64,000 nucleotides of DNA from Octopus vulgaris (Eukaryota), in NCBI GenBank assembly GCA_951406725.2, contig OX597830.1:46748001-46812000 (forward strand). The letters run 5' to 3'. A program made the position numbers and the translations under genes. This document shows, one piece after another, positions 28,386 through 42,280 of this stretch; within the stretch, counting starts at the first letter, position 1, and each line of letters starts with the position of its first letter. The notes under the pieces were generated by a model, which had not been told where the DNA came from, did no database searches, and saw only the letters and a program-made list of their open reading frames with translations.

Positions 28386-28807
28386 TACTCTTTACTCTTT
28401 ACTCTTTTACTTGTTTCAGTCATTTGACTGCGGCCATGCTGGAGCACCGCCTTTAGTCGAGCAACTCGACCCCGGGACTTATTCTTTTCGTAAGCCCAGT
28501 ACTTATTCTATCGGTCTCTTTTTGCCGAACCGCTAAGTGACGGGGACGTAAACACACCAGCATCAGTTGTCAAGCAATGCTAGGGGAACAAACACAGATA
28601 CACAAACACACACACATACATACATATATATACATACATATATACGGCAGGCTTCTTTCAGTTTCCGTCTACCAAATCCACTCACAAGGCATTGGTCGGC
28701 CCGGGGCTATAGCAGAAGACACTTGCCCAAGATGCCACGCAGTGGGACTGAACCCGGAACCATGTGGCTGGTTAGCAAGCTACTTACCACACAGCCACTC
28801 CTGCGCC
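28386..28807 (-). mobile_element. tRNA-derived SINE family B (CORE-like), full length, young, nested in an old SINE-A
   Basis: Head GGCGCAGGAGTGGCTGTGTGG..GGTTCAGTCCC, CORE-like CTTGGGCAAGT, internal TA/TG repeat, AGAGTAAA-type tail; near-identical to 62653-63076. Confidence 0.92.
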
Positions 28808-28869
28808 TATGCGGCAAGGCATTTTGCCTATCGCTTTAATGTCGTTCTTGACCTAACTATAAAATTGAC

Positions 28870-29060
28870 TTCAAATTTTTGTCACAAGGCCAGCAGTTTA
28901 AGGGAAGAGGGTTAGTCAATTGCATGAACACTTATTTCGTTGACCCTGAAAGGATGAAAGGCAAGTCGAACTTGGCGGAATTTGAACTCAAAACGTAAGG
29001 ATGTGTGAAATACCGTCAAACATTTTGTCCGGCGTGCTAATGATTCTGCCAGCTCGCCGC
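28870..29060 (-). mobile_element. Older SINE-A variant
   Basis: ggatgaaaggcaagtcg..gccagctcgccgc. Confidence 0.8.
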
Positions 29061-29061
29061 T

Positions 29062-29154
<93 letters not shown>

Positions 29155-29160
29155 ATAATA

Positions 29161-29717
29161 AATGCCCTGATGCAGTACCAGGCAGTGGCTCTCATGGCTT
29201 CTGATCTTAACTGATTGGAAGTGTTATCATGTACATTGTTTTGTCTTGGTATAAAAGATGGGCTACAGCAAATATTCTGCTCAATACCACAGATTTGCTT
29301 GTCAGTTGTTTGACCGTCACCAGTTGAGCATGTCCCTTAGTGGCTGATGATATGTGCATCTCTGATCTCAAGCAGAAGTAATAGGAGAGCATCATAGCCA
29401 TGTGTTGAGAGGGATTCTTTGGGGTTTGAATAATTCACCTTTGGAAACATGGGTGTTTCGTTCATCATCCTAAAGCAACCCTTATTCAGGGACCTTTTGA
29501 GCGGGATGGGCTACTCGACCTGAAGAAAATTCTAACTGGGCCCCACCTGCAAGGTCATGTGTTGCTTATCTTGATATGAGATCACCATGTCGCGCACATA
29601 TGGTTGTGATGCATGTGCCTGGTGTACCCTTATCAGACGGGTAGTCATGATGGGTATGCTGGGCTTCGTATATTTTACCCCAGTGTCACTTTGAAGGCAT
29701 GAACTGCTCTCTCACTC
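29161..29717 (+). mobile_element. Non-coding TAA-flanked interspersed element, copy 2 (557 bp)
   Basis: Collinear with 14151-14636; (AAT)n on both sides. Confidence 0.85.
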
Positions 29718-30094
29718 AATAATAATAATAATAATAATTTCTAACGTAGACACGACACGAGAAACGAATGGCGAAAAGAGAAATCAATTTTATCGCCTCT
29801 CATAGTTCAATGGTATTCATTTATCGATCCAGAAAAAATGAAAAATAAAATTCACACTAGCGGTATTCGAACTCAGACCATAAAGGCTTTCTAAGAAATC
29901 ACAACTTGTGCCTGTATTTTCTTTACCAACAGCAAAAGATGAAAGGCAAAGTTGATAACAGTGGGATTTGAACTGTGACAGGTGAAACGAATACCGTAAG
30001 CTTTCCTATCGTAAGTTGTAATCGCTCCGTCAATTCACCGGATTTATGTAATTAAGAGAGTTCAGTTATTCTTCTAATCTCTCTCCCTGTCTCT

Positions 30095-30520
30095 CTTGTT
30101 TCCTCCTCCCCCACCTCCCCTCCTCTTCCTCTTCCTCTTCCTCCTCCTCCTCCTCCACCACCACCACCACTACCACCACCCTCCCCCCTCCAGACCACCA
30201 CCACCCCTCCCCTCCCCCTCACCCCTACCTCCCCTACCTCCCCTACCTCCCCTACCTCCCCTACCTCCCCTACCTCCACTACCCCACCTCCCCTACCTCC
30301 CCACCTCCCCACCTCCCCTCCTCCTCCTGCTCCTCCTGCTCCTCCTGATCCTCCTGCTCCTGCTCCTCCTGCTCCTCCTGCTCCTCCTCCTGCTCCTCCT
30401 CCTGCTCCTCCACCACCACCACCACCACCACCACCACCACCACCACCACCACCACCACCACCACCACCACCACCACCTCCTCCTCCTCCTCCTCCTCCTC
30501 CTCCTCCCTCTCCTCCCACC
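30095..30520. repeat. C-rich compound microsatellite including (CCCCTACCT)6
   Basis: Directly visible; G-rich on the minus strand. Confidence 0.93.
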
Positions 30521-30865
30521 ACCATCAGCTCCACCGCAGTCATGGAAAAGGCATGAAGAAAACTCTACGAAAGGGGTCAACGTCTGCAGATGAATACATT
30601 CCAACAGAAATCGACAAGAAATGCCGAAAGAGGGCCTGAAACCTAATAAACGTAAACTCAAAATTAACGACGTTTAAGAGCATTTGGCATGGATCTGAAG
30701 TACCTCGACTGACATTCGAGGTTCTAAATAGTAATAATGGCCATGCCGTTGGGATTAAAAGTATGTAAATACGTTTTAAGCAGTTAGAGATAAAGCTGTA
30801 AATGCTGGGAGGAGAGCAAAAACGCATTATCAGGTTTCGTTGAATTCCTGCTTGATTTTTAAAAT

Positions 30866-31219
30866 TCTTTTAGTCTTTTATTTGTTTTAGTCATTTGACT
30901 GCGGCCATGCTGGAGCACCGCCTTTTAGTCGAGTAAATTGACCCCGAGTCTCTTTTGCAGAATCGCTAAGTTATAGGGACGTGAACACACCACCAGCATC
31001 GGGTGTCAAGCGAGGTTGTGGGAACAAACAGACACCCCCCCACACACACACGCACACCACAGGCTTCTTTCAGTTTCCGTCTACCAAATCCATTCACACG
31101 GCTTTGGTAGGCCTGAGGCTATAGTAGAAGACACTTGCCCAGGGTGCCACGCAATGGGACTGAATCGGAAGCCATGTAATTGGTAAGCAAGCTACTTACC
31201 ACACAGCCACTCCTGCGCC
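30866..31219 (-). mobile_element. SINE family B, diverged
   Basis: Collinear with 28386-28807, with deletions. Confidence 0.88.
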
Positions 31220-31454
31220 TGATATTTACGTATACATAGATACATACATGCATACTTACATATATCTATATATATTTATATATTTATATATGTATATATA
31301 TAAATATATATTCATATATGCATATATGTATATATGTATATAATTAAAAATATATATATAAATATATATGTATATGTATATACGTATATATACATATTTA
31401 CAGGTATGTGTGCATACATGTATATATATATATATATACATACATACGTACATA

Positions 31455-32295
31455 CGAGGTGTGAACAATAAGTATCCGGATCGTTGCCATAGTAACGAAG
31501 CTAAAGTACCCAGAGTAAAGCCGCTGGGCGCAGATTGACCTTTGACTCTGCTGTGCATGTCCACTAAGTTTTAACGTTCTAAATCCCTTCTGCTGTTTAC
31601 AGCAGTACTTCGAATGAACGTGTGTAGCGTGTGATCGTCGCATTGACCATGATAAAGTTGTCATTGAGATTCCTGCTCAGAGGCCTATGCAAAGTTGCAG
31701 AAAGTGTATGGAGAGGAGTGTATAAACCGCACACAAATATACAAGTGGTTCTGATGTTTTCAAGATGGCCAAAAAATGTCGATAGTGACGAACGTTCTCG
31801 GAGACCCGCAACCATCAGACCTAAGAAAAAACATCGATGTATGTGCGGCTGTGAGAGGAAATCGTCGAATTACCATCCGTGAGTTATCAGAGGATGTGCA
31901 GATTAATTACGGTTCAGTTCAGTCCATTATCACTAAAGATTTGGGTATGAGATGCGTGTCCGCCAAGTTTGTGTCAAAACCGCTTTCAACTGACGAAAAA
32001 GACACTCGGGTTTCAGTTGGAAATGATCTCCATGATTGTGTCGTGAAGGATGAAAGCTTTGCGTAGGTCTCTGAGCAGGTATCGTCAGGCTTTTGGCAAA
32101 ATCTGATGCCGATTCTCGGGACAGTTTTCTCTGTCATGGTTAATGCGACGATCACATGCTACACATGTTCCTTCCAGGCACTGCTGTAAACAGTGGAAGT
32201 GAGCTAGAACGTTAAAAATCTGTGACAAGCAGTTTCACTCTACGTACTTTAGCTTCGTTAATATGGTAACATTCCGGATACTTATTTATCAGACC

Positions 32296-32298
<3 letters not shown>
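31455..32298 (+). mobile_element. Non-autonomous mariner element with ~240-bp inverted 5' ends
   Basis: TA-flanked TIRs cgaggtgtgaacaataagtatccgga / tccggatacttatttatcagaccatg; HTH relic DERSRRP..NRRITIRELSEDVQINYGSVQSIITKDLGMRCVSAKFV. Confidence 0.9.
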
Positions 32299-32384
<86 letters not shown>

Positions 32385-32524
32385 TATATATGCATATATA
32401 TACATATATGTATATATATACACACAGACGCATAGACGCACACACAGTCACACACAAAGTCACACACAAAGTCACACATATATATACATATATAAATAAA
32501 CATATATATATACATACATAGATA

Positions 32525-32572
<48 letters not shown>

Positions 32573-32924
32573 CACACACAGAGGCATAGTCACACAGACA
32601 CACACACTTACACAGTAATACATAAGCATATATACTCTCGTGCGTATGTGTATTTAATTGGCAATACAGATAAGTATATATTAAAGTGATTCTGGGCATT
32701 TCCCCCTCCCTCTCCTTCTATCTGCCTATTTGTCTGTTTGTCTCAGTATAAACATGTGTATATACATCGGTATATGTATATGTATGAATACGTATATATA
32801 TTTATATATGAATGTATATGTGTACTTATATGTATACACACACACACACACACACGCATATATACAGACAGATAGAGAGAGAGAAAAACAGAGACAGATA
32901 GACAAACAACAAAAAAAAACAGAG

Positions 32925-32976
<52 letters not shown>

Positions 32977-33221
32977 TGTGTATACTTGGAATTTGTGTAT
33001 ACTTGAAGCGTTTTAAATTTATCTGTATTGAGAATATTATTTCTCCTCAAGGTGTTAATTACATTAAACTAGACGTATTCGCAATTAAGAAGATAACGAA
33101 AAACTCAAAATTTCCGGAACAAATATTTTCCCGACATCATTTACATACTGCACACTCATGCACACAAGCATACATACGTACAAGCACGAATACACACATA
33201 CACATATCCATATACGCGCGC

Positions 33222-33270
<49 letters not shown>

Positions 33271-33639
33271 CATGCATGTATGTTTGTATAAAAACATTTT
33301 CTGCTCAAGACACCAGTGTTATCGTTACATCCTTTTCTTATCCTTGTGTTCTCTTCATCCCATTCTCTATGTCTCACCTATTTGCTTTCCGATGTTGGTG
33401 TCTTATCTCCAATGTACTTATTGCATAACAACCCTCTACAATAATCGTTGATTCCCACTAATTATGCAGTTCTATCTGAGGTGTCGAAACTATTGTTATC
33501 CATAGCAAAACAGCTAACGAGGGCTAACTTTTCGTTTAGTTTCTTCGTTTGTAACACTTGTCATGTGTTTATATGGCGTACACCCATTCATGACCCCCAA
33601 CAAATACATTTATTATTTTTAATCGGCAGATAGTTTCAA

Positions 33640-34020
33640 AAGTAATTCACAGGTCGAGAGTTTCGTGTGCTGGGGATTGTCCAACTGGTGTCATATAGGG
33701 TTTGATGCGCGATGTACCTCATATTTATCGCAGATCAAACAATTGCTTGGAGGCTCGTCTCGTTTTCATTCATCTTAGGGTTCTGGAGCAGTGCAATAAT
33801 TTATTGAGTTGTTGGACTATAATGTGATGTATTAAATCTAATCGTTTATAGTTTGTAGTCTTACTAAACAGTCATCAAATCTCGAATATGTTTTCTCTAT
33901 TAGATTTTCAACGATGCGCAGCACCTCGTGGTATATTTGTTTATGTTGACAACCAAGTGGACAGGCGCATATAAGAATGAAGTGCTATTAACTAAAAACT
34001 ATGGCTGCAGAACAAAGCTA
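33640..34020 (-). mobile_element. Very old RTE-type LINE relic
   Basis: Faint traces only: STSFLYA, VLRIV, KMNEN..KQLF. Confidence 0.35.
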
Positions 34021-34322
34021 GTGATTGGATATGGTCGTTGACAATCCAACAAATTCCCGGTTCATCGTCCAGTGATGATTGATTGAGAAAATATCGAAAC
34101 TAACATTCCAGACAAACAAACAAACAAACAAAGGCAATCAGCAATATAAATACATTTCTAAATTTAATTCAAATATTTAACAGAAATACAATGGAGCTTT
34201 TCATGCCAGTCTAATTTTTATCAGCAAAAATTTAAATCATCAATAATATCCATAACAATACCGAAACCTCAAAATAAAAAAAACAAACATGGAAGTTGAT
34301 ACTTGTATATATACATACATAG

Positions 34323-34360
<38 letters not shown>

Positions 34361-34692
34361 CGCACGCACATACACACACATACACACATACACACACAAA
34401 ATATACGCGACACGCACACTGGTATAGGGAGGAGAGAGGGAGGGAAGAAGAGAGGGAGGGAGGGAGAGAGAGACGAATACATGTAGAAAAGATATATTAG
34501 TTATTTTCGTGCCGATATGATCAGGCGTTTCACAGAACTGGCCAATATATTTCGCAGACAACTTGAGTATCTACGATCATAATTCCTGTAACTCGAAAAT
34601 TATCAGCAGATGATTTATGGCGTTTCATTTTCCAATTTCTCTAAAACAATGATTATAATAATGCATACATACATTCATACATATATACAGAC

Positions 34693-34762
<70 letters not shown>

Positions 34763-34785
34763 GTCTGTGTGTATTTATATGTATG

Positions 34786-34845
<60 letters not shown>

Positions 34846-34898
34846 TATTTATATTATATATATTTGACGGATATTTGTCCTCATCTTGTTTGTTGTTA

Positions 34899-34942
34899 AC
34901 ACAATATTTCGGCTGATATACCCTCCAGCCTTCATCAGGTGT
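34899..34942 (-). ncRNA. Minimal hammerhead-like motif in a short repeat (~34865-34995)
   Basis: ACAC-CUGAUGA-A-GGCUG(10 nt)CAGCC-GAAA-U-AUU-GUGU; perfect helices I and II, vestigial palindromic helix III. Confidence 0.65.
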
Positions 34943-34990
34943 CTTCGGGAAATTTCGAAACTAGGTTCTCATTCCTAAGGTATTTTTCGA

Positions 34991-35063
<73 letters not shown>

Positions 35064-36168
35064 CATCATTATTATTATTATTATTCAGGTCACACTCACA
35101 CACTCGCGCGCACGCACACACATACATACACATACATTCATGCATATATATGCGTGTGTGTGTTTCTGTGTCTCTGTTTGACCCTCCACCGCTTGACAAC
35201 TGGTGTGGTGGCTTGCATGCATTTCCGTTTTGTAGCGACTCAGTAAAAGAGACCGATAGCATAAATACCAGATTCTAAAAATAAGTACTGGCGACGATTT
35301 GTATAGCTCATTCCTACAAGATGATGGCCTAGAATGGCCGCGCTCGAATGATTGGAACAAGTGAAAGATATGTGTATATATATATCGGCAATGTTGGCCA
35401 ATCTGCTATAAATGGTTTCACATTGTTTCTTTTGAAAAGCGTTTGAGAGGAAAAGTTGAAGCTATGTTTATTTTTACATTCATACTACATGGTGGGTTGA
35501 AGCACATTATATTCCTCTTTCTGGGTACTTGCTCATGTCTAACATTCCAGTAAGAACGGAATGATTGTACTTACGCGTGAAACTGCATGTGAGGGGTTAT
35601 GGAGAGAATAAGCTTTTCACAAATAGATAAACTCTTATAATGAGAGTTCTTTTTCTCCTTTGTATTTCTAAACGTAAACGTTAATGCATAGAATTATGCA
35701 TAAATGTATGAACTTCCGCCTGCTAAAGTGAATGTTACCATGCTAACAATTATCCTTGTGAAATAACTTAATAAATCACCTACAGTGTCTGCGTGTCTTT
35801 AAATTATTGAGAATAGAGGGAAATATAAGGCAACAAATGACCGATTGATCAATGAAATCATGACAGATAAAGAAATACAAGTTTTGTCAAAGAAAGAAAA
35901 CTCAAGATTGTTTTGCAGGCTTTGGTTTTGGTTTACCATTCTGTGTAAAATGTTTTTTTTTTGGTGGGGTTTCTTTTCCTCATGCTCTTACCTGTCAGTC
36001 ATAATTTTGTTTATCATCGAAAAATGTGTTTCTTGAAAATTTATGAATGTGCACGCGCTTGCAACCACACACTTTCCCTGCACACCCACACTCTCTGTTT
36101 TACAGATCCAAATGCACAAAAATGTTTATGCATACACACACACACACACACACGCGCACACACGTACA

Positions 36169-36430
36169 TACGACGGGCTTCTTTCAGTTTACGTCATCCA
36201 AATCCACTCACAAAGCTTTAGTCGAACCGAAGCTATTGTAGATGCTCGCCCAAGGTGTCTCGCAGTGGGACTGAATCCGTGTCCATGTTGTTGAGAAGCA
36301 AGTTTCCCACTACATTGTCACAAAAGCATAGACAGACATCAAAGACGTTTTATAACTTAAAGCCATTCTCCCCGCGCAAAGCAATTCTAACCACGGCTTA
36401 CATTCTACGCAAAACAGCTTCATTTCACCA
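36169..36430. mobile_element. SINE-B 5' half (minus, 36169-36310) followed by a possible Dong 3' relic (plus)
   Basis: cgacgggcttctttcagttt..caaatccactcacaa; RKAILTTAYILRKTAS. Confidence 0.6.
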
Positions 36431-36799
36431 GCACGGTCTATGCCGTCCATCTTCTATTCAATCATCCCCCAAAACTACAACACAATCTCCATCGCACATG
36501 CTGAATATAATCACTGCCCAACAATAACACAGCTCATAGCATTTTCGACACAGTTGCTGGCCAATAAACACAACTCGCTGTATGTATGTCATAAACACAT
36601 CCTGCATATACCCTACACAATCACCAGCCAGTATGTATAACATCATTCATAGAGCACATAGTTTACACAATTATTAATTAACAAAAAAAAAAGTTAGATC
36701 CAACGGCAGCGCCTTTGCGTAAACGCCCAGCTTGGTAGAAGCAGCAGCCAAGTTTCCCTCAATTCACAATTTATCTTAAAATTTATGATAGAAAATATA

Positions 36800-37014
36800 T
36801 ATTTCCCAAAGGGGGTTAGACATAGAGGGGACAAACAAGGATAGTCACATGGGTTGTGTTAAGCCCAGTGCGTAACTGCTACTTATTTAATCGACCCCCG
36901 AAAGGATGAAAGGCAAAGTCGACCTCGGTGGAATTTGAACTCAGAACGTAACGGCAGACGAAATACCGCTCAGCATTTCGCCCGGTGTGCTAGCGATTCT
37001 GCCAGCTCGCCGCC
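36800..37014 (-). mobile_element. SINE family A with 18-bp TSD
   Basis: tttatgatagaaaatata at 36782-36799 and 37015-37032. Confidence 0.93.
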
Positions 37015-37657
37015 TTTATGATAGAAAATATAGCCCCTGACATCCAAGAAAACGGAATGTTGGCGGCTGAAATGTCTTTCGTTACAGACTTCCTCGATAT
37101 GGCTGAGCTGAGGCTGAATGATAACAACGCGACAGAATTGTCATGAGAACCAGTTTAAGATGCAGCTGCAGCAACGAAATCTAAACCTCACACCCTTAGA
37201 ACCGGGAGTTTCTCAGTATTTTGCTGGAGATGTATAAAGCGTGTTACGGACGTAGGAGTGTGTCCCTTGTACAGCTTGTTATGATGCTTTGTCAGTTGTT
37301 TTGCATATTATATTTAGTTTGTGATTTGTCGTTGAGAGAATGGAAGCTCGGTTTCAACATAATCTCTTTCAAAACGTGAAATAATCCCTTCCAAACATCC
37401 ATACACATACAGAACACCTCAGGCATTCAAACAAGATCCGAAAAGTCAGTGTCTCCCCTTATTCATTGCAGATAATCCCTAAAGATTATCTATGAAATAC
37501 GAACTGCTCGAAATGCCAATTGTCTCACTGGCTCCAAACAGGTTGTGACGTACACCAACAACAACAACAACACGAGGATGGGAACAGCAATTGCGATGCT
37601 CTGGTTGATGTTTAACTTAGCTACCTTTGTTGTGGCCTCCATCACAGAGAACTTGTT

Positions 37658-37702
<45 letters not shown>

Positions 37703-38173
37703 TGAGAGAGAGAGAGAAAGATAGAGAGGGTGAAAGAAGGAGAGAGAGAGAAAAAGAATGAGAGAGAGAGAGAAAAGAGAGAGAGAGAATGTGAGGGAGA
37801 ACAATATGTACACGTTATCACAGTGTATTCCATACGATTCATAACTGTATGTCCTTATGTACTGTGTGGTGGTCAACTAGAAGAAGGCATGGCAAAGGTT
37901 GAGCCGTGTGTCTCACCTCTCGTTGTATGAATAATGAATTTAATTTGATGTAAAACAGTGAATATGGTGGAATATTCAAAAGCATTCCTCCTCACTAAAA
38001 TACTGCAAACACCTCAGGAAAGACAAACACGCTGATGGGGGGATCGATGACATTGATCCAATGCCCGGTCCGTTTCTAGTTTTTATCGACCACAAAACGC
38101 TGAAAGCAAAATTGATAATGATAAATCTCTTACAATGGTAACCATCGACGAATTTAGGCCGCGTTAAGAATTG

Positions 38174-38366
38174 GGCGCTGGCGTGGCTGTGTGGTAAGAC
38201 GTTTGCTTCCCAACCACATGGTTCTGGGTTCAGTCCCACTGTGTGCACCTTGGGCAAATGTCTTCTACTATAGCCACGGACGACCAAGGACTTGTGAGTG
38301 GATTTGGAAGACGGAAACTGAAAGAACTTATTCGTATATATATATATATATTTATTTATATGTATG

Positions 38367-38400
<34 letters not shown>

Positions 38401-38682
38401 TGTATGTATGTATGTATGTATGTATGTATGTATGTATATGTGTGTATGTGTGTGTGTTTGGGTGGGTGTGTTTGTATGTGTGTGTGTCTGCGTCTGTTCC
38501 CCACTACCGTTTCACAACCAGTATTGGTGCGTTTACGTCCTTGTAACTTAGCGGTTCGGCAAAAAACACCGATAGAATAAATACCAGACCTCCAAAAAGG
38601 TTCTGGAGTCGATTCATTTGACAAAAATTCTTCAAGGCGGTGTTGCAGTATGGCCGCAATATAATGACTGAAAGAAGCGAAA
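38174..38682 (+). mobile_element. SINE family B with expanded internal (TATG)n
   Basis: Head, CORE-like accttgggcaa and tail all collinear with the other B copies. Confidence 0.88.
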
Positions 38683-39212
38683 TATAATGATGGCAGATAA
38701 AAGACAGAAGGTGTCTTAGAGGCCCCAGAATGGTGAAAAAAAAAAGGACTTCGGTGGCAGCGACGAAATGCTGAATAAAATATGGCGTCAGGCTGAAATT
38801 TGGGACAGTGGATTACTTCATACAAGCGATCTCAGTGCCGTGTTTTATCGGTCCCGATTTGACGAAAGGCAAGGTTAAACTCGGCGGAATTTGAATTGAG
38901 AACATGAAGAGTTGGAAAAAAATACCGCAAAACATTTTGTTCGACGCACTTACGCTTCTGCCAATCCATCAATTAGGAATGAAAATAGTAAGAAAAGAGG
39001 AATAAAAAGAAGAGAAGAGAAAGCAAATGAGGAAAAAGAGAGAAAGAGCAAGATTGGGAGAAAGAAGTTGGAGTTGGAGGCGGGGGCGGAGGCGGAGTGT
39101 AAAAGACATTCTTCATTTTGATGAAGTTGGAAGAGAAGAATTATCAACGATCAAATCTTTAGAAGTCTTTTCTGAGATGAAAAGAAGCGTTTGTTTGTGT
39201 GTGTGTGTGTGT

Positions 39213-39251
<39 letters not shown>

Positions 39252-39525
39252 CGCGTCTGTGTGTGTATGATGTGTGCATTAGGAAGAGATGTATATAAAG
39301 AGTACATATGGTGTGTATGTGTGCGTATATATATGCGAGTATGTATGTATATAAACATATATGTATGTGTGTGCGTGCGTATGTATATGTCTGCATGTCA
39401 GTGTGTCTATATATATCATAAAGGTGATGTATGTCTCAGTGTGTATATATATATATACACACACACACATACACACATATATATACACACACAAACACAC
39501 ACACACGCACATAGATATATATAAA

Positions 39526-39623
<98 letters not shown>

Positions 39624-40249
39624 TATACGTATATAGCGTGATGTAGTGCTAGTGAAGATAAAGACATAGATACACAGCTAGATATTAATTAACTGTGAAA
39701 TTATTTTTATCTTTTACAAACGAGGAATTGTATCTTTGATGGAGTTGCAAGAAAACAAAAGAAATTTTTTTATTCATTCGATATTTTCAACTTTGTGATA
39801 ATGAAGAACTTTGTCAAGCTGCTGCTGCTGGTGATGACAATGACGACGGCAGTTTCAATGATGATGATGATGATGATGATGACGACGACGATGACTACGA
39901 TAATGATGATGATGATGATGATGTCATTAATTATAGCAAACCTGAAGAAGAAAGAGAGATGGCTGTGATGTTAGTTCTGTTTATGGAAATATTGTTGCTG
40001 TTGCTGTTGTTGTTGTTGTTGTTGTTGTTGTGTCCATAAGTTTATTCCGTTGGCGCAGATTTATGATCAAGAGCAATCCAGTCGTGGCCAATTCGAGCAG
40101 TTGTTCAATCAACGAAACAATCTATTCTTTGCATTTCAGTGTAAGTGGCCCTCGAAGTCACGAAATCGTACCAAGCTCGGTACCCCACGCGATCTTCTTA
40201 ACCTTTCGACTTGCAAACTGAACTACTCAATGAGTTTTTCCTGTAGGAG

Positions 40250-40900
40250 TGTCATTTAAGGGTGCTTTGGTTGTTTTTTTCTGGTAAGTTGAGCGAGTAT
40301 GTGGAGGCTGTCTTTTTGGCTCGTTTTTGATAACAGCAGATGTAATGTAAATGAAGATACCATTTTGGGGCTGGTGGTAGTGGTATGGGATGGATAAGGG
40401 TCTGATGCAGATGTTAATGTTATGGTTATGGGACGAGGATGTAGCAAACTGGCAGATGCAGCGCTGTGCTAATGCCAATTGGAAGAGATGACCATTGGTG
40501 GCCGATGTCTGATGAGTTTGGCAAACCATCACAAAATAGTTCTCAGAATAGATATCTTCAACTAATGGTTAAGTAAACAGATAGAACTAGATTACAGAGA
40601 GGTCGGTAGACACTGGCAATTTTTAGTGGAGCGTTCGCCGAAAAAGTATTGGTTTGGTCTGCAGATAAGAGATTGAGTCCATGGCTTTTGTGGTTCACTC
40701 TCTACGAAACAAATCGATGGAATTAACGTTGCTTTCGAACAGTTGCAAGACGAAAGTTACAGGAAAATTTGTGCAGGGAGGAAATTCTGAGAATACAGAT
40801 ATTCCAAGTTGGTTGGAAAGAATACAATGGCTAATACGGTTTTTCACTCGTGCTTCAAAGTTAAACAGTTCTTGTCTGATGATACGCTTTTCGGTCGAAT
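40250..40900 (-). mobile_element. Possible jockey/I-type LINE AP-endonuclease relic
   Basis: VKNRISH, LKIASVYRP, TNGHLF, YPSH-like motifs in the expected order; heavily decayed. Confidence 0.4.
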
Positions 40901-41010
40901 CGATCAATAAAACGCAGAGATAAATTTTATGAATAAATTATGTAATTCTGCATTTTATGATGTAAAATGCAGAATTTTATCACTGAAAGTGGTCTTTCCT
41001 TTTTAACAAA

Positions 41011-41066
<56 letters not shown>

Positions 41067-41225
41067 AATGTGTGGGTTTAGTTCTTGTGGCTATTGCTTG
41101 TGAAAGCTAGGATTGTAATCTGAAGTAGAGATGCATAAATAACTATATACACACACACGTGTGTGTCTGTGTGTGTGTTGTGTAATATTTCAGTAGCATA
41201 GAGAAACAAGGCCCGAAATTTTAAC

Positions 41226-41680
41226 CTCAGTATGCAGCTGATACTTAATTTATCGACTTCATCCCGAAAGGATGAAAGGCGAAGTCGGACTCGGCGGAAT
41301 TTGAATTCAGAACGTAGCGGCAGACGAAATGCCGCTCAGCATTTCGCCCGGCGTGCTAACGTTTCTGCCAGCTCGCCGCCTTGAAGAAACGCAGTCTTGT
41401 GACGGATTGTAATGTTGAGAAAGATTAAGAAAAAGAAAAAGAAAAAAAAAGAAAAAAATTACACCAGATGTGTTTGTCCTCCTAACATCGCTTGACAACC
41501 GATGCTGGTGTGTTTATGTCCTCGTTATTTAGCGGTTCGGCAAAAGAGACCGATAGAATAAGTACTGGGCTTACAAAAGAATAAGTCCCGGGGTGGAGTT
41601 GCTCGATTAAAGGCGGTGCTCCAGCATGGCCGCAGTCAAATGACTGAAACAAGTAAAAAAAAAAAAGAATAAAAGAATAG
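41226..41680. mobile_element. SINE-A 5' part (minus, 41226-41380) and SINE-B 3' half (plus, ~41470-41680)
   Basis: Similarity to full-length copies in the window. Confidence 0.88.
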
Positions 41681-42188
41681 ATAAGAAGATACACAAACTA
41701 CAACAACACTAACAACAACAAATCTACCGTGTTGTTAAAAAGAAAAAAAAAAACAGTTTTAGATGCTGAATTAAAGAACAATAAGACTTGTTCCTGAAAT
41801 TTCATCTTTGCGTTGTCAGGAAAGAAATACGGAACAAAGAAGGAAAAAAATACAAGTTTTGTATTTGTTTTTGTTGGTTTTATTTTGCTATGGTGGTTTT
41901 TTTTTTATAACCTCCCCACCCCCCCGTAAAGACAAAGGAAAGTTCTAAACTATTTTGTTACGTATTAAGTTGGGGGTGGTGAAGAGCGGGTAGTGGTGGT
42001 GGTAGAGTGCGGGTGGTGGTGGTGGTGGTGGAGAGTTGGGTGTTGGGGTGGACAAGGTATGAACGGGTTGCTAGAGCTGTACTGCGAGAGTTTTTTAAAT
42101 GTTTTCCAGCCACATTAACAGCACCTTGCCCATTATCACATGTTCTCCTCCTCTTCACTATCGTCGTCGTCGTCGTCATCATAACACT

Positions 42189-42263
<75 letters not shown>

Positions 42264-42280
42264 GTCGTCGTCATCATCAT

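Noticed and set aside
29161-29230. HDV-like ribozyme at the 5' end of the TAA element
   Set aside because: I could not build the nested double pseudoknot by eye; left as a test rather than a call.
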